A stretch of DNA of 64,000 nucleotides from Octopus vulgaris. Taxonomy: Eukaryota. A program made the position numbers and the translations under genes. The notes beneath the pieces are model-generated. The model saw only the letters and a program-made list of their open reading frames with translations. It was not told the DNA's origin and ran no database searches. Positions 1-13,517 of this stretch are shown here, piece after piece (position 1 is the first letter of the stretch; every line of letters starts with the position of its first letter). The stretch covers positions 53,444,001 to 53,508,000 of the forward strand of contig OX597832.1 in the NCBI GenBank assembly GCA_951406725.2. The letters are read 5' to 3'.

Positions 1-1
1 A

Positions 2-346
2 CCACCCTCCTCACCGGCACCCATCATCGACTCTTTCACTTGCACCTCCAACAATATCATCTATTGCATCTCCTGCTCTCTCTGCCATTCCCTGTACATC
101 GGACAAACGGGACGCCTCTTGGCTGACCGGTTCGCGGAACACCTCCGAGACATCCACCTCAGCAATGACACCCCAATCTCACGCCATTTCCACTCCACCG
201 GTCGCTCCTTGCAACACCTGTCTGTGTTTGGATTGTCCTTGCACAAAGGCCATCCAGACTCCCATTTGCGCTGTGAACAGGAATTAATCTTCTCTCTTTG
301 CTCTTTTACGCCATTTGGGCTCAACTCTCCTCCCCTCTTCATCTAA
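2..346 (+). mobile_element. Penelope-like element, GIY-YIG endonuclease C-terminal part (runs off window start)
   Basis: Frame from nt 2 reads FTCTSNNIIYCISCSLCHSLYIGQTGRLLADRFAEH...HF...R.EQELIFSL...PFGLN, the PLE GIY-YIG pattern. Confidence 0.85.
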
Positions 347-955
347 CCTTACCCCCAACTACTACTTCTCTTCACTCCTACATCTTTTCACCCCTACTCT
401 CTTTCCCTCTTCTCCCTTACTCTCTTCTCTCTGCTCCCTCACTCTTTTTCTCTCTTCTCTCCCCCTCCCTCCTCCTTCTTCGCAACCAACTCTTCTCTCT
501 GGCTCCGACTCCTACTTCTCTTCACTGCTACTTCCCTTCACCTCTACTCTCTTTCCCTCTTCTTCCTACTCTCTTTCTCTCCCCTCATTCCCTCTACCCT
601 CTTACTCTCTCCTCTCTTATTCTCTTTCTTCCTTCTCTCCTCCTCTTTCACCCTCTCTTTCCCTCTTCTCTCCTCCGCTCTCTCCTCACATACCCACCTT
701 CCCCTCCCCCCATGAACCCACCCACCCCTACACATCCCTATCCTTCCCATTCCCTCATCATATCCCACACCCTTCCCCCACTTATCCCACCTCTACCCCC
801 ACCCTCTGTCTACCACAAACCCCAACGCCCAGCCGAACCCACACCCAAACCGTGCTTTCCCCACCGTCGCCTCCCCACCTCCCAACAACATCTCACCACA
901 CCACACTACACGATACAACATTACACATCGCATCACAACACACCACCCACACAGG
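347..955. repeat. Pyrimidine/CA-rich low-complexity tract after the PLE ORF
   Basis: CT-rich then CA-rich degenerate simple sequence. Confidence 0.8.
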
Positions 956-1093
956 TGTTCCAAAATGGGTGCTGGGCACAGACCTTGTGCGAACTAAGTT
1001 TATGCAACACATAGCTAGATGGACTTAGAATAAAAGTTGTAGTATTTAAATATCATTATTATCATTAAATATTAATACTAAATTAATACACAT

Positions 1094-1706
1094 ACTCTTT
1101 TTACTTTACTCTTGTACTCTTTCATTTGTTTCAGTCATCTGACTGCGGCCATGCAGGAGCACCGCATTTAGTCGAGCAAATCGACCCCGGGACTTATTCT
1201 TTGTAAGCCCAGTACTTATTCTATTCTGCCGAACCGCTAAGTGACGGGGACGTAAACACACCAGCATCGGTTGTCAAGCAATGCTAGGGAGACACACATA
1301 CATATATATATACATATATACCACGGGCTTCTTTCATTTTCCGTCTACCAAATCCACTCACAAGGCATTGGTTGGCCCGAGGCTATAGCAGAAGACACTT
1401 GCCCAAGGTTCCACGCAGTGGGACTGAACCCGGAACCATGTGGTTTGTAAGCAAGCTACTTACCACACAGCCACTCCTATGCCTATGTGAGGGATTTCTT
1501 AAGGTTTAGAACTTTGAACATATACACACACATACATATATACGACAGGCTTCTTTCAGTTTCCGTCTACCAAATCCACTCACATGACACTGGTCGGCCC
1601 GAGGCTATAGTAGAAGACACTTGCACAAGGTGCCACGCAGTGGGACTGAACCCGGAACCATGTGGTTGGTTAGCAAGCTACTTACCACACAGCCACTCCT
1701 GCGCCT
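1094..1706 (-). mobile_element. tRNA-derived SINE family A: full copy (1094-1485) plus second head (~1520-1706)
   Basis: Head GGAGTGGCTGTGTGGTAAG...GGTTCAGTCCC (A/B-box-like), central TA/CA tract, tail CCAGCATGGCCGCAGTC..TGACTGAAACAAGTAAAAGAG; many copies in window. Confidence 0.85.
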
Positions 1707-2099
1707 ATGTATATTCTAACAAGCAAATTTAATGCATAAGCATTCCGCAATGAGAAGGGGAGGCTGGCTGAAATTGTGATGAAATTGTGATGTGGCCTTG
1801 GAAAACTAGATATTGAAAGAAAGAAGTGGGGAAATCCTAGATTCATTGATTAAGTCACATTTGAATAATAATAACAATAACATGGCTGTTGATTCAGGAA
1901 AGAACAAGCAAGTGAGCAAGCTGTTGATTCCTTAACAGCAGCAAAGAAATGGAACGATATTTGAGAAACTATTTTAAATATACGACAGATGTATGTATGT
2001 ATACAGTCTTTGTTTGCATATAGAACAGTAACTATACACACAGGTGTAGGAGTGGCTGTGTGATAAATAGCTTGTTTATCAACCGCATATATATATATA

Positions 2100-3765
2100 T
2101 AAAGGAAACGAAGAAAATGCTGACAAAATAATTTAAGTAATTTAAGTAATTTAATTAGGTGAAAGTTCTTTTTACCGGTTACGCATTTGTTATGCTTATC
2201 AAAAAATATTTTTTTAAGAGAGATTAGAGTTCCTTTTCTGATAGATTTTTTCCTCTTATCTGACTTTATGTTGGGTTTGCTGTCTCTTATATGTGAAAAA
2301 AGAGGCTCCAGAATTGTTTTGGATTTGCTTGGTTTCGCGCCTAAAATTTCTTGTGGACAATGGTCAATACAATTTTGATTGGTCATTATGAAGGGGTCAC
2401 GTGAATGTTTGAATGGAAGTTGGTGTTGGGGTAAGAAAAAAGGCTCCAGAGAAGTTAAAATTTGGCTAGTGTTGTGCCTAAAATTTCTTATTGGTCATAA
2501 TAAAGAGGTCACGTGGATGTGGTCATAATAGAGAGGTCACGTGAATGTTTAGAATTTTCGAAAATAGCGTTGTTGAAAATTCTTATTGTTCAGGCTGGTT
2601 AGTAGACGTCATGTGGATATTTTAAATAGCTTTTCAGAGCTTAGTTAGGGAGTGTATTTTCCGCTTGACTGAATTTGAGCTGGATAAGTAAGTTCCTTTA
2701 GGACAGGAAGAGCTGTATGTATGTATGTGTGTGCGCGTGTGTGTGTATGTGTGTGTGTATGTGTGTGTGTGTGTGTGTGTGTGTTTATATATATGTTGGG
2801 GCGCGCGCGTGTGTATATATGTGTGCGTGTGTGGGTACAATTTTCAATATTTATAGTTCTGCTGGCCTTGTGCCTGTATCGGGAAGCAACGTGTTTGTGT
2901 GAAGTCAATATTTACAGACATTTCCAAAAAATAGTGTTGGATGTTTTGCACCCGTATTCAATTATGTGTATGTGTGGAACCATATATTTGCGTGTGTCAT
3001 GGTGTTAATATCTGGGTAAAGGTGTGTGTAGGGTGTGTGCAGGTGTAAGTGTGTTTGTTGTGGGTTCGTGTTAGGGGTATGTGTTTAGAAGTGGTCTGTA
3101 TTTATTAATAAGGTGGGATTCCATGGTTATTCGCTGGATATGAGTGGCTCTTCCTGTCCTAAAGGAACTTACTTATCCAGCTCAAATTCAGTCAAGCGGA
3201 AAATACACTCCCTAACTAAGCTCTGAAAAGCTATTCAAAATATCCACATGACGTCTACTAACCAGCCTGAACAATAAGAATTTTCAACAACGCTATTTTC
3301 GAAAATTCTAAACATTCATGTGACCTCTCTATTATGACCACATCCACATGACATCTTTATTATGACCAATAAGAAATTTTAGGCGCAACACTAGCCAAAT
3401 TTTAACTTCTCTGGAGCCTTTTTTCTTACCCCAACACCAACTTCCATTCAAACATTCACGTGACCCCTTCATAATGACCAATCAAAATTGTATTGACCAT
3501 TGTCCACAAGAAATTTTAGGCGCGAAACCAAGCAAATCCAAAACAATTCTGGAGCCTCTTTTTTCACATATAAGAGACAGCAAACCCAACATAAAGTCAG
3601 ATAAGAGGAAAAAATCTATCAGAAAAGGAACTCTAATCTCTCTTAAAAAAATATTTTTTGATAAGCATAACAAATGCGCAACCGGTAAAAAGAACTTTCA
3701 CCTAATTAAATTACTTAAATTACTTATATTATTTTGTCAGCATTTTCTTCATTTCCTTTTTATAT
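2100..3765. mobile_element. Tail-to-tail PLE structure: inverted pseudo-LTRs (2100-2713 / 3147-3765) around an endonuclease C-terminal stub
   Basis: Arms are near-identical reverse complements; spacer minus strand from ~3152 reads GRATHIQRITMESHLINKYRPLLN (R..E..I...P.LN end of GIY-YIG); each arm has an HHR-like motif. Confidence 0.75.
3654..3691 (+). ncRNA. Minimal hammerhead-like motif, U3-A8 variant, A13 altered (mirror copy 2169-2206 on -)
   Basis: TTTT-TTGATAA-GCAT(AACAA)ATGC-GCAA-CCGG-TA-AAAA. Confidence 0.5.
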
Positions 3766-3795
3766 ATCACAACTCGTGTTCCACATCTCCTTTTT

Positions 3796-3828
<33 letters not shown>

Positions 3829-3831
<3 letters not shown>

Positions 3832-4232
3832 CACAAGTGTAGTTGTGTGGTAAGTGGCTTGCTTATCAACCACATGGTGCCGGGTTCAGTCCCACTGCGT
3901 GGCAACTTGGACAAGTGTCTTCTACTATAGTCTCAGGCTGACCAAAGACTTGTGAGTGGATTTGGTAAACAGAAACTGGAAGAAGCCTGTTGTATATGCA
4001 TATATGTGTGTATATATTTATTTCTTTACTACCCACAAGGGGCTAAACACAGAAGGGACAAACAAGGACAGACAAAGGGATTAAGTCGATTACATCGACC
4101 CCAGTGCGTAACTGGTACTTAATTTATCGACCCCGGAAGGATGAAAGGCAAAGTCGACCTTGATGGAATTTGAACTCGGAACGTAACAGCAGACAAAATA
4201 CGGCAACGCATTTCGCCCGGCGTGCTAACGTT
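3829..4232. mobile_element. SINE A head (+, 3829-4015) abutting SINE family B (-, 4018-4232)
   Basis: Family B core GCCTTTCATCCTT.CGGGGTCGATAAATTAAGTACCAG (MetaSINE-like). Confidence 0.75.
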
Positions 4233-4597
4233 TGTTGGGGCTAGAGAAAATGTGTCTGTCAGAGTGCGTATTCAAAAATAGATGGATGCGTGTTGCACGG
4301 ATGCTAGGTGTGAAAGACCTTGCATGAACACGCCATGATCACTTACCAAAAGGTTTCAGTTAAAATAACAGGGCTCGTGGGGTCGGCTATCCTGTTTTTT
4401 TGACTGTTCTTGTAACTCATTCGATTTCATTGTAAATAATTCATTCGATTTCATTGTAAATAATTCCATTTCATCCACATGACCCCAAATCATGTTGTAT
4501 TGTCCCCATCTGTGTAAACCCTTATGGGTGATAAAGAAATTTAAGTTTACGCACCACATAGCTAGATGTGCTTAGAAGAAAAGTTGTAGCATTTAAA

Positions 4598-4630
<33 letters not shown>

Positions 4631-4779
4631 CATTAAATATTAATGCTAAATTAATACACATGTACATTTTAACCGGCACATTTAATACATAGTTATTTTC
4701 CAATGTGAAGGGGAGGCTGGCTGAAATTGAAATGAAATTACAATATCTAATTTGCCAAGGCCACATGTAATTTCATTTT

Positions 4780-5272
4780 AGGTGCAGGAGTGGCTGTGTG
4801 GTAAGTAGCTTGCTAACCAACCACATGGTTCCGGGTTCAGTCCCACTGCGTGGCATCTTGGGCAAGTGTCTTCTTCTATAGCCCTGGGCCGACCAAAGCC
4901 TTGTGAGTGGATTTGGTAGACGGAAACTGAAAGAAGCCTGTTGTATATATGTATATATATATATGTATGTGTGTGTGTTTGTGTTTGTCCCCCTAGCATT
5001 GTTTGACAACCGATGTTGGTGTGTTTACATCCCTGTCAATTAGCGGTTCGGCAAAAGAGACCGATAGAATAAGTACTAGGCTTACAAAGAATAAGTCCAG
5101 GGGTCGATTTGCTCGATTAAAGGCGGTGCACCAGCATGGCCGCAGTCAAATGACTGAAACAAGTGAAAGAGTAAAAGAGTAATAAGTCCTGGGGTCAATT
5201 TGTTTGACTAAAAGGCGGTGCTCCAGCATGGCCACAATCAAATGACTGAAACAAGTAAAAGAGTAAAGAGTG
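4780..5272 (+). mobile_element. SINE A with duplicated 3' tail
   Basis: Full head/body; tail AATAAGTCC.GGGGTC...TGACTGAAACAAG occurs twice. Confidence 0.85.
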
Positions 5273-5536
5273 ATACTTACACCATTGAATTTTCCTTTTT
5301 TTCTTTTTTTTTTATAGGTTTTACTTTGATTTACAGTTTTCGTAATTGTTCAGTTTGTACATATTGGCAGTTGCTCGTCTCCTTCATTTCTCTCATGTGT
5401 TTTAATAGTGTTGTTGCCATAAAAGATATTCAAGCAGTCAGGGAGAAAGGAAATGTTAGGTATTCACAAAAAAATCGTACATGTTAAAGTTTTTAAAGTT
5501 TCTAAAGATGAGCGTTTGTGTGTCTACCAAAGAGAA

Positions 5537-5765
5537 AGGCAGCAAGCTGGCAGAAACGTTAGCACGCCAGGCAAAATGCTTAGCAGTATTTTGTCTGTCA
5601 TTACGTTCTGAGTTCAAATCCCGCCAAAGTCGACTTTGCCTTTCATCCTCTCGGGGTCGATTAAATAAGTACCAGTTGCGCACTAGGGTCGATGTACTCT
5701 ATTTAATCCCTTTGTCTGTCTTTGTATGTCCCCTCTATGTTTAGAGGGCAATAAAGAAAAAGAAA
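5537..5765 (+). mobile_element. SINE family B
   Basis: GGCAGCAAGCTGGCAGAAACGTTAGCACGCC head, GAGTTCAAATCCC B-box, Meta-like core. Confidence 0.8.
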
Positions 5766-6084
5766 TTTTGTGTTCTTGTAGTAAAAGGTATGTTTACATT
5801 TTCGAATAGTCAGCAAGGAGAAAGGAAAGGTTATTCACATAAAATTGTAGGTTTTAAAGTTTTTAAAGATAATCATTTGTGTCCAACCAGAGAAAACTGT
5901 AGATATGCAAGTTTTCAAACATATTTTGAAAGAAATTTTAAATACCCACAGGAATTTGGCGGTATTCCAGTTTTTGAGAGTTATTTTTCAGTTGTTCTGC
6001 TGGATTGTATAAGTGTATTTGTGTCTTTGGCTGCTGACTGGTCTGAACAGTGAAGAACATGTCCACCCGTTATCAATGCTAGGC

Positions 6085-6735
6085 ACTTCTTCTTCTTCTT
6101 CCCCCCAAGTCTCTAGGGACAGTTCCTTATGCACCGATAACTACAGAGATACATTTTACCTGCACTGCACTTTCCTTAGCCTGTGAAACCCAATGGTTAG
6201 GCCCTGATACTCTACTATCTTCTCTCTACCTCTCATATTGATTTTCTCATCATTTGGGACTGTAAAGTCAATTACCTGGCACTTTCTATTCTCTCTGTCT
6301 ACAACTACTAAATCACTAACTACTTCTTCCCTCACTTTCTTTAACTATGCTGCATCTTCATTATGGTTAACTGGCTTATTCCAAATGACTCCAGAACTTT
6401 CTAGCTTCTTCTGCATTAGGGTTCTCATCTTCAATGATTTCTTCTGTTTATTTGGCAATAAAACCTCCTCTGGTCTCCATTCTTTTCTGATATCTGGAAA
6501 GCTTACTTGCTATTGCTATGATATGCTGTTTCAGCTCATCACAATACAAAATCTTTCCTCTCTGACTAAATATTTTTTGCAAGATAAGATTTAAATCTTG
6601 TGTTTTCTAACTTGTCCTGTTTACAGGCTTCTATTCTACCCAGATTGTGTCTTAACGTTTTTGTTTTATTTTATCTCCTTTTCCACATCTCCTCTTTCCT
6701 ATTCTTTTCTTGGGGAATACATATTCTGCTAGTAG
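6085..6735 (-). mobile_element. Internally deleted R4/Dong-like LINE derivative
   Basis: 6100-6417 is the reverse complement of 54770-55089; encodes EEARKFWS...NKPVNHNEDAA joined to DLVVVDRENRKCQVIDFTVPND; 5' part resembles ~48530-48800. Confidence 0.75.
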
Positions 6736-7900
6736 CTATTTAGTCGAGCAAATCGACCCCGGGACTTATTCTTAGTAAGCCTAGTACTTATTCTATCGGT
6801 CTCTTTTGCCGAACCGCTAAGTGACGGGGATGTAAACACACCAGCATCGGTTGTCAAGCAATGCTAGGGGGACAAACACAGACACACAAACATATACGCA
6901 CACATACATAAATACGACAGGCTTCTTTCAGTTTCCGTCTACCAAATCCACTCACATGGCATTGGTCGGCCCAGGGCTATAGCAGAAGACACTTGCCCAA
7001 GATGCCACGTTACCACACAGCCACTGCTGCGCCTATTATTTATTATTTATTTAATTTTTTTGTAGGCCCTGTGAGTGGAATTTGGTGGAAGGAAATTGTG
7101 CATGAAACCAATCATTTATTCATGTATAGGCGCAGGAGTGGCTGTGTGGTAAGTAGCTTGCTAACCAACCATATGTATGTATATATATATATATGTATAT
7201 ATATGTATATGTGTATATATATGTATATATATGTGTATATATATGTATATATATGTGTATATATATATATATATTTTAAACTGGCATTGTGTCAGTTACG
7301 ACAACAAGGGTTCCACTTGATTTGATCAACAGAACAGCCTGCTTGTGAACATAACATACAAGTGGCTGAGTACTCCACAGACACACACACCCTTAGCATA
7401 GTCCTCAGGGAGATTCATTGTGACAAGGCTAGCCCCTTTGAATTACTGGTATTACTTATTTTTGTTCACTGAGTGGACTGGAGCAACATGAAATAAAGTG
7501 TCTTGCCCAAGGACAGAGTGCCCTGCAGGGAATTGAACTTACGAGCTTAGAATTATTAGCCAAGCCTTCTAACCATATGCCTTCAATAGACTGGCACTTC
7601 ATCGGTTACAAGTATATTCCAGTTGAATTTGATCAATGGAACAGCCTGCTTATTAACATGCAAGTGGCCGAGTACTCCACAGATGCATGTGCCCTCAATG
7701 TAGTTCTCAGGGAGATTCAGTGTGACAAGAATGTGTCATGGTTGGCCCTTTTGAATAACAGCTACAACTCATTTTTAGCAGCTGAGTGGTATAAAGTGGA
7801 ATAAAGTGTCTTGCTCAAGGATATGATTTGCCCCTGGAAATTGAACTTAGGATCTTATAATCATGATCCGAATACCCCTAACCACCAAGCTACATGCCTT
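6736..7900. mobile_element. Cluster of SINE A and degenerate SINE C copies
   Basis: SINE A (-) 6736-7035; two degenerate C-type copies ~7280-7575 and ~7600-7900 (AAATAAAGTGTCTTGC.CAAGG). Confidence 0.7.
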
Positions 7901-8120
7901 CACCGGTTATTGACTCCGGGGTGGGGGGCAGTGGTAGCTGTGGGTAGAGGAGACTCTTTTCTGGCTTGTTCCCCCCCCCAGGTTTGTGTTGCAAACTTGA
8001 ACAGTGCAGGATATGTCAGTGTCACTTGTAGCAGAGGCAAGAGGTCACTGTTGGGTTGTCTTTTGTTCAAAGAAATACCCAGACAAGACACGGTTCCGCT
8101 TGGCGTACTGTGTTGTTTGA

Positions 8121-8156
<36 letters not shown>

Positions 8157-8264
8157 AAACAGACAGAGTGACAGACAGACAGTATTCTGTGGGAGAGAGA
8201 GAGAAATACACAAATGTACTTCACAATGTAACAACTTGAATTATAATCTCTTCTATATAAACTA

Positions 8265-8817
8265 TTGGGTTGTCCGGAAAGTTCGTGCCGATTTATAGTA
8301 GCCTACCTTTTGACTTATTTTAGAACATGATTGAGTCCATAAAAGAGGATTTGACTACACCTCCATTTAGAGCTGTCTTTTCGTGGAAGAAGTTTTATGT
8401 TCCTATAACCTGTGTTTATTCTGTAACCCTTTAAAATGGAAGATAAGAAAATTCATTTATGGCACTTGATACTTCGGGAACCAGACAAAAATTGCTGCAG
8501 CTCGGCTGGGATGTGTTACCCCACCCTCCATATTCACCAGATATTGCTCCTTCAGATTTCCATTTATTCAGGTCTCTGCAGAAAAGTCTTATTGGTAAAC
8601 ATTTCAATTCCTTGGCTGATGTAAAAAGATAGCTTGATGAATTCTTTGCCATGAAAACCTCAGTTCTGGGAAGCGGGTATTTTCAAGTTAAAGGAAAGAT
8701 GGAGATGCATTGTGCAACAAAATGGTTCATATTTGGTTGATTAAAAATGTAATGGCAAGTATTTATTGACCTTTTTCTTTCCTTTAAAAATCGGCACGAA
8801 CTTTCCGGACAACCCAA
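8265..8817 (+). mobile_element. Mariner deletion derivative, 553 bp (mirror 19052-19604)
   Basis: TIRs TTGGGTTGTCCGGAAAGTTCGTGCCGATTT; internal WDVLPHPPYSPDIAPSDFHLFRSL and GIFKLKERW..IVQQNGSY. Confidence 0.9.
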
Positions 8818-9099
8818 CATGTGTGTGTGTGTGTGTGTATTTCCTTTTCTCAACATAGCAAGTTAGTTGTAAATGAGTGTTGCTGACATCTAAGCAGTGT
8901 CATTCATTTTCAGCAATCTGCAAGAACATGTCTGGCCATCTGAAAATAGTATGCTTGGAAACAGGTGAGGGTTGATGACAAGAACTGCATCTGGCCGTAG
9001 AAAAGATTATCTCAATAAACACTAATTCATAAAAAAGAGGATGTTAAAATGATGATAATGGTGATATACACACATACACATGTATATACATAACCATCT

Positions 9100-9305
9100 G
9101 CCTCGTCTGGCACCTGTGCCGGTGGCACGTAAAAAGCACCCACTACACTCATGGAGTGGTTGGCGTTAGGAAGGGCATCCAGCCGTAGAAACATTGCCAG
9201 ATCAGACTGGGCCTGGTGCAGCCTTCTGGCTTCCCAGACCCCAGTTGAACCGTCTAACCCATGCCAGCATGGAAAGCGGATGCTAAACGATGATGATGAT
9301 AATGA
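9100..9305 (+). mobile_element. RTE LINE 3' tail fragment (mirror ~18580-18770)
   Basis: Matches 42175-42370; ends in (GAT)n. Confidence 0.8.
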
Positions 9306-9320
9306 TGATATACATACATG

Positions 9321-9478
9321 CAGGGCCAGCTCTAGGCACCCCAGGCGAGCTGAACATCAGCATGTACAAGCTGACAGTCATGGAAATTTCTTTGTATTTG
9401 TCATGCTCTGCTTGGCACCCTCTAACACATGGTGCCCTGGGTGACTGCCCGAGTTGCTGGAACCTTCAACTGGCCCTG
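9321..9478. mobile_element. hAT-like MITE, 158 bp (mirror 18408-18565)
   Basis: Termini CAGGGCCAG...CTGGCCCTG; flanks CATACATG / CATATATA fit a decayed 8-bp TSD. Confidence 0.55.
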
Positions 9479-9489
9479 CATATATATAT

Positions 9490-9780
9490 TTATATCACGT
9501 GATCACGTGACCGACCTGACCATCAAATGTTGTTACACATCGCTGGTTTTAGCCTTCGAATGACGCCACCCTGCTGGCTAAGCGAGCAGGCCAACAAAAG
9601 AAAGAGTGGGAGAAAGTGTGGTGAAAGAGTACAGTAGGGATCACCACCCCCTGCCGGAGACTCGTGGAGCTTTTAGGTGTTTTCGCTCAATAAACACTCA
9701 CAACGCCTGGTCTGGGAATTGAAACCGCGATCCTGCTACCGCGAGTCCGCTGCCCTAACAACTAGGCCATTGCGCCTCTA
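9490..9780 (-). mobile_element. tRNA-derived SINE family C (mirror ~18105-18395)
   Basis: Head GAGGCGCAATGGCCTAGTTGTTAGGGCAGCGGACTCGCGG...GGTTTCAATTCCC; same head at 51724. Confidence 0.8.
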
Positions 9781-10108
9781 CATATATATTTATATATAAA
9801 TCAAGGAAATCATTGCTGAGTACTTGAGAGATATCTAAAATACAGTATAAACCTTCTACAGCTTAGCAACGAAGCCATTTGAAATAAATGTGAACAGATG
9901 TTCACAAATGAGACAATCGATAAATGGATAAATGATGTAAATATATACATAGGTGCAGTGTGGGTGTGTGATAAAGAGCTTGCTTCCCAACCACATAGTT
10001 CAGGGCCCAGTTCGAATCCATGGCAACTTGAGCAAATGTCTTTTACAATAGTCTCAAGCCAACCAAAACCTTTTGAGTGGATTTCGTTTATGGAAACTAA
10101 AAGAAGCC

Positions 10109-10160
<52 letters not shown>

Positions 10161-10383
10161 TATATATATATGTATATATATGTATATGTGTATATGTATA
10201 TGTATATATATATTATATATATATATGTATATATTATATATATGTATATGTATGTATATATATATATTATATATATATATGTATATATATATATATGTAT
10301 GTATATATATATATATGTATATGTATATATATATGTATATGTATATATGTATATGTATATATATATTTATATATATATATGTG

Positions 10384-10432
<49 letters not shown>

Positions 10433-11615
10433 ATAATAATATTAGGGAATAAATCTAAACTTACAGGGAAAAATTAGATTTAGGATTAAATCCAATTTTA
10501 TAGTATAAATATATTATATTATATTAAATTAGAGATAAAACCACTATTAAGCAAATCAAACAGTGAAAAACATAAGCCAATACATAAAATTAATTTAAAA
10601 ATATAAAAGTTAAAAATTAAAATATTATTTAAATAATTTAAACTTATAAATTTTAAACTTATATATATATATAAATATATATATATGTATGTATGTATAT
10701 TTTTATATTAATATATTATTTTATTAATTAATTAATTTATTTATTTATTTATTTATATATATATATATTTTTAAATAAATATCAAAAGTATTAAAAGTTT
10801 AATAAAAGATAAAGAGTAAAACACTACGATCGTTTCATGGCTGTACCAGTTCGAATAACAATAATTTAAATTCAATTAATAATTTGAGTTATGGTTACAA
10901 TCAATCTTCAGGTTAATTGAAATATTTTTAAAATAATCAGAAATATTTAAGCAATATTTTAAAGATATAAATAATATAATAATTTTACTTATAATAAACT
11001 CTTTTATCAAACTAGAAACTTAAAACTTAACATTTATGATTATATCAAAATCGATTATAATGTTAAATATTAATTTTAATTTATAATGTAAGAAACCCAC
11101 CAATAATCTAATATCGGTAATAGTCTATATCTAATTACATAAATATTTTTTTTTAAATGACTATTATATATAAATTATCAATGAAAATATATAAATGTAT
11201 ATAACTATTATAATTAAGATCTAAAATAATCTCTATAAATAAATATATATTCACATATAATAAAGACCTAATAAATTAATTTTTCATATTTAAAGATGAA
11301 ATAGCAAATTTCAAAAATACTAACAAATAAACTTAAACGAACTTTCGGAAATCTTATTTAAAATACTCAATTCGTAGTAATATAGTATCGAATAAATACT
11401 ATAAATACTATAATTATATTTATCAACGGGAATAACTAGCGAATATCAATTGAAAAAGACAATAACTAAGTTATGTTATTAAGTTAGACATGGCCTGGAC
11501 CAATGTTTGGTCGAAACATATCTAAGTTTATCAAAGTTTATCTAATTTTAATTAAAAGAAATTTAAAACTACAATTAATACTATTAATACATGTATATAC
11601 AAAAACCTAACTTTA

Positions 11616-12520
11616 GCTCATGTAACACAATCGTTATAACGAGCTGCAAAGAACTATCGTCAAATAGAAAAGGAAGCATTAGCAATTATATTTGGTGTGA
11701 AAAAATTCCACAGCTTTATTCATAGAAGAAGTTACTGTCTACAAACGGATCATCGCCCACTACTGTCAATATACGGTTCTAAAAAGGGAATACCAACACA
11801 CACACACACACACAACAAATAGGCTATAGTGATGGTGCACTACATTATTGAATTATGACTACAAAATGGAATATTTACTGTCAAAAAAATAGGGCATGCA
11901 GATGGTTTGTCCAGACTGATACTGAAACACTGTGAGCCATTCAAAGATATGGTAATTGCAGCTTTAAGAGAATAAGTCCTGGGGTCGATTCGCTCGACTA
12001 AAGGCAATGCTCCAGCATGGCCGCAGTCAAATGACTGAAACAAGTAAAAGAGTGAACCCAAGAGAATGGGAAAACTAATAGAATGGTTATTCGATACTTT
12101 TCAAGTACCAACGCCACTACAGGTGATTGAACCCAGGTGCACAAGCGTAAGAAAAAGAAAATGTATGGAGTTCCTGGAAGTGGATGTCAAGCAGAAAAAA
12201 AAATTAAATGTGTAACTAAGAGAGGAAAAAAAATCTTAAAACAGGGATGTAGGGTGATATAAAAAGTATTGCTGTTAAAAGAAATATAATGACACACCCT
12301 AAGGAAAAAAGAAAAACTTTAAAGGCGAGATATTGTGGGGATAATAGCAATAATGGTCCACCCCTCCCACGTGACGAGTGGCATGTGCTAGTCATTATAA
12401 ATAAAGGGACAGAAAGAGAGTACGCAGTATATGGTCATAGTCTTGGTCTTACTCGTCTTACTAACTATACTACTATACCAGAGTGGACATTATAATAATC
12501 TGACATTAAGGACCACAACA
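11616..12520 (+). mobile_element. Gypsy LTR-retrotransposon relic: RNase H, pol C-terminus, putative PPT and ~190 bp 3' LTR (mirror 15415-16322)
   Basis: KNYRQIEKEALAIIFGVKKFH..LQTDHRPLLSIYGSKKGIP..GHADGLSRL; later LFDTFQVP..RKRK; LTR-like 12331-12520 TATTGTGG...CCACAACA with TATAAATAAA; SINE tail at 11969-12052. Confidence 0.75.
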
Positions 12521-12931
12521 GAAGAATATTTTGTCGAATTAAGCTACTGGTCTCTCCAGCTGAACCACTAAGTTGGAAGGATTTAAACACCACAACAGCG
12601 GTTGTCAAGTAGTGGTGGGGGTACAAACATAAAGACACACACACACTCACACAGACACTCACACACACATATATATATATATATACACATACACACACTC
12701 ACGCGCCTCCTTATATACATAAATACATACATGCATACAAACGCATACTCATGTAATAAATAATGAATAATAAATAATAGATATATATACACATGCAGTT
12801 ACCCTTTGTACAGACGGAAACATACATATAAGCATACACGTATATACCTATCTGCACATATGCATATATACATACATACATGTACATACACATAACTCTA
12901 CATACTTACATATACTTAAACACACGAGCGT

Positions 12932-12985
<54 letters not shown>

Positions 12986-13299
12986 ACATATATATATATA
13001 TATACATATATACATATACATATATATATACATATACAGACATACATACATACACATACATACACATACATACACACACATATACACATACATACATACA
13101 TATACATACATACACATACACACACATACACATACATACACATACATATACATATATATATACATATATATATCTATATATACATTACACACATATATAT
13201 ATACATATACACATACACACACACACACACACATATACACATATATATATATGTGTGTATATATACATACATACATACACACATATATATACACACAAG

Positions 13300-13470
13300 C
13301 ACAACATAGTTTGGTTGTTATCCTTTTCATAAGGTCTGTGAGTACGAATTTTGTATACCAATATTGTTGGGAAAGAAAAAGTCAAGATTAAATGCAAGGT
13401 ATACATAATTGAGTTTTGAAATGACTGAAATAACAAGTAAATAAAAATACGATCTTTCATGTGAAACAAC

Positions 13471-13517
<47 letters not shown>

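Noticed and set aside
298-1028. 237-238 aa L/S/P-rich ORFs
   Set aside because: Pyrimidine-rich low-complexity DNA lacks stops; no domain signal
1850-3830. Duplicated ORF MTNQNCIDHCPQ as a gene pair
   Set aside because: Consequence of the inverted pseudo-LTR; runs into microsatellite or unrelated sequence
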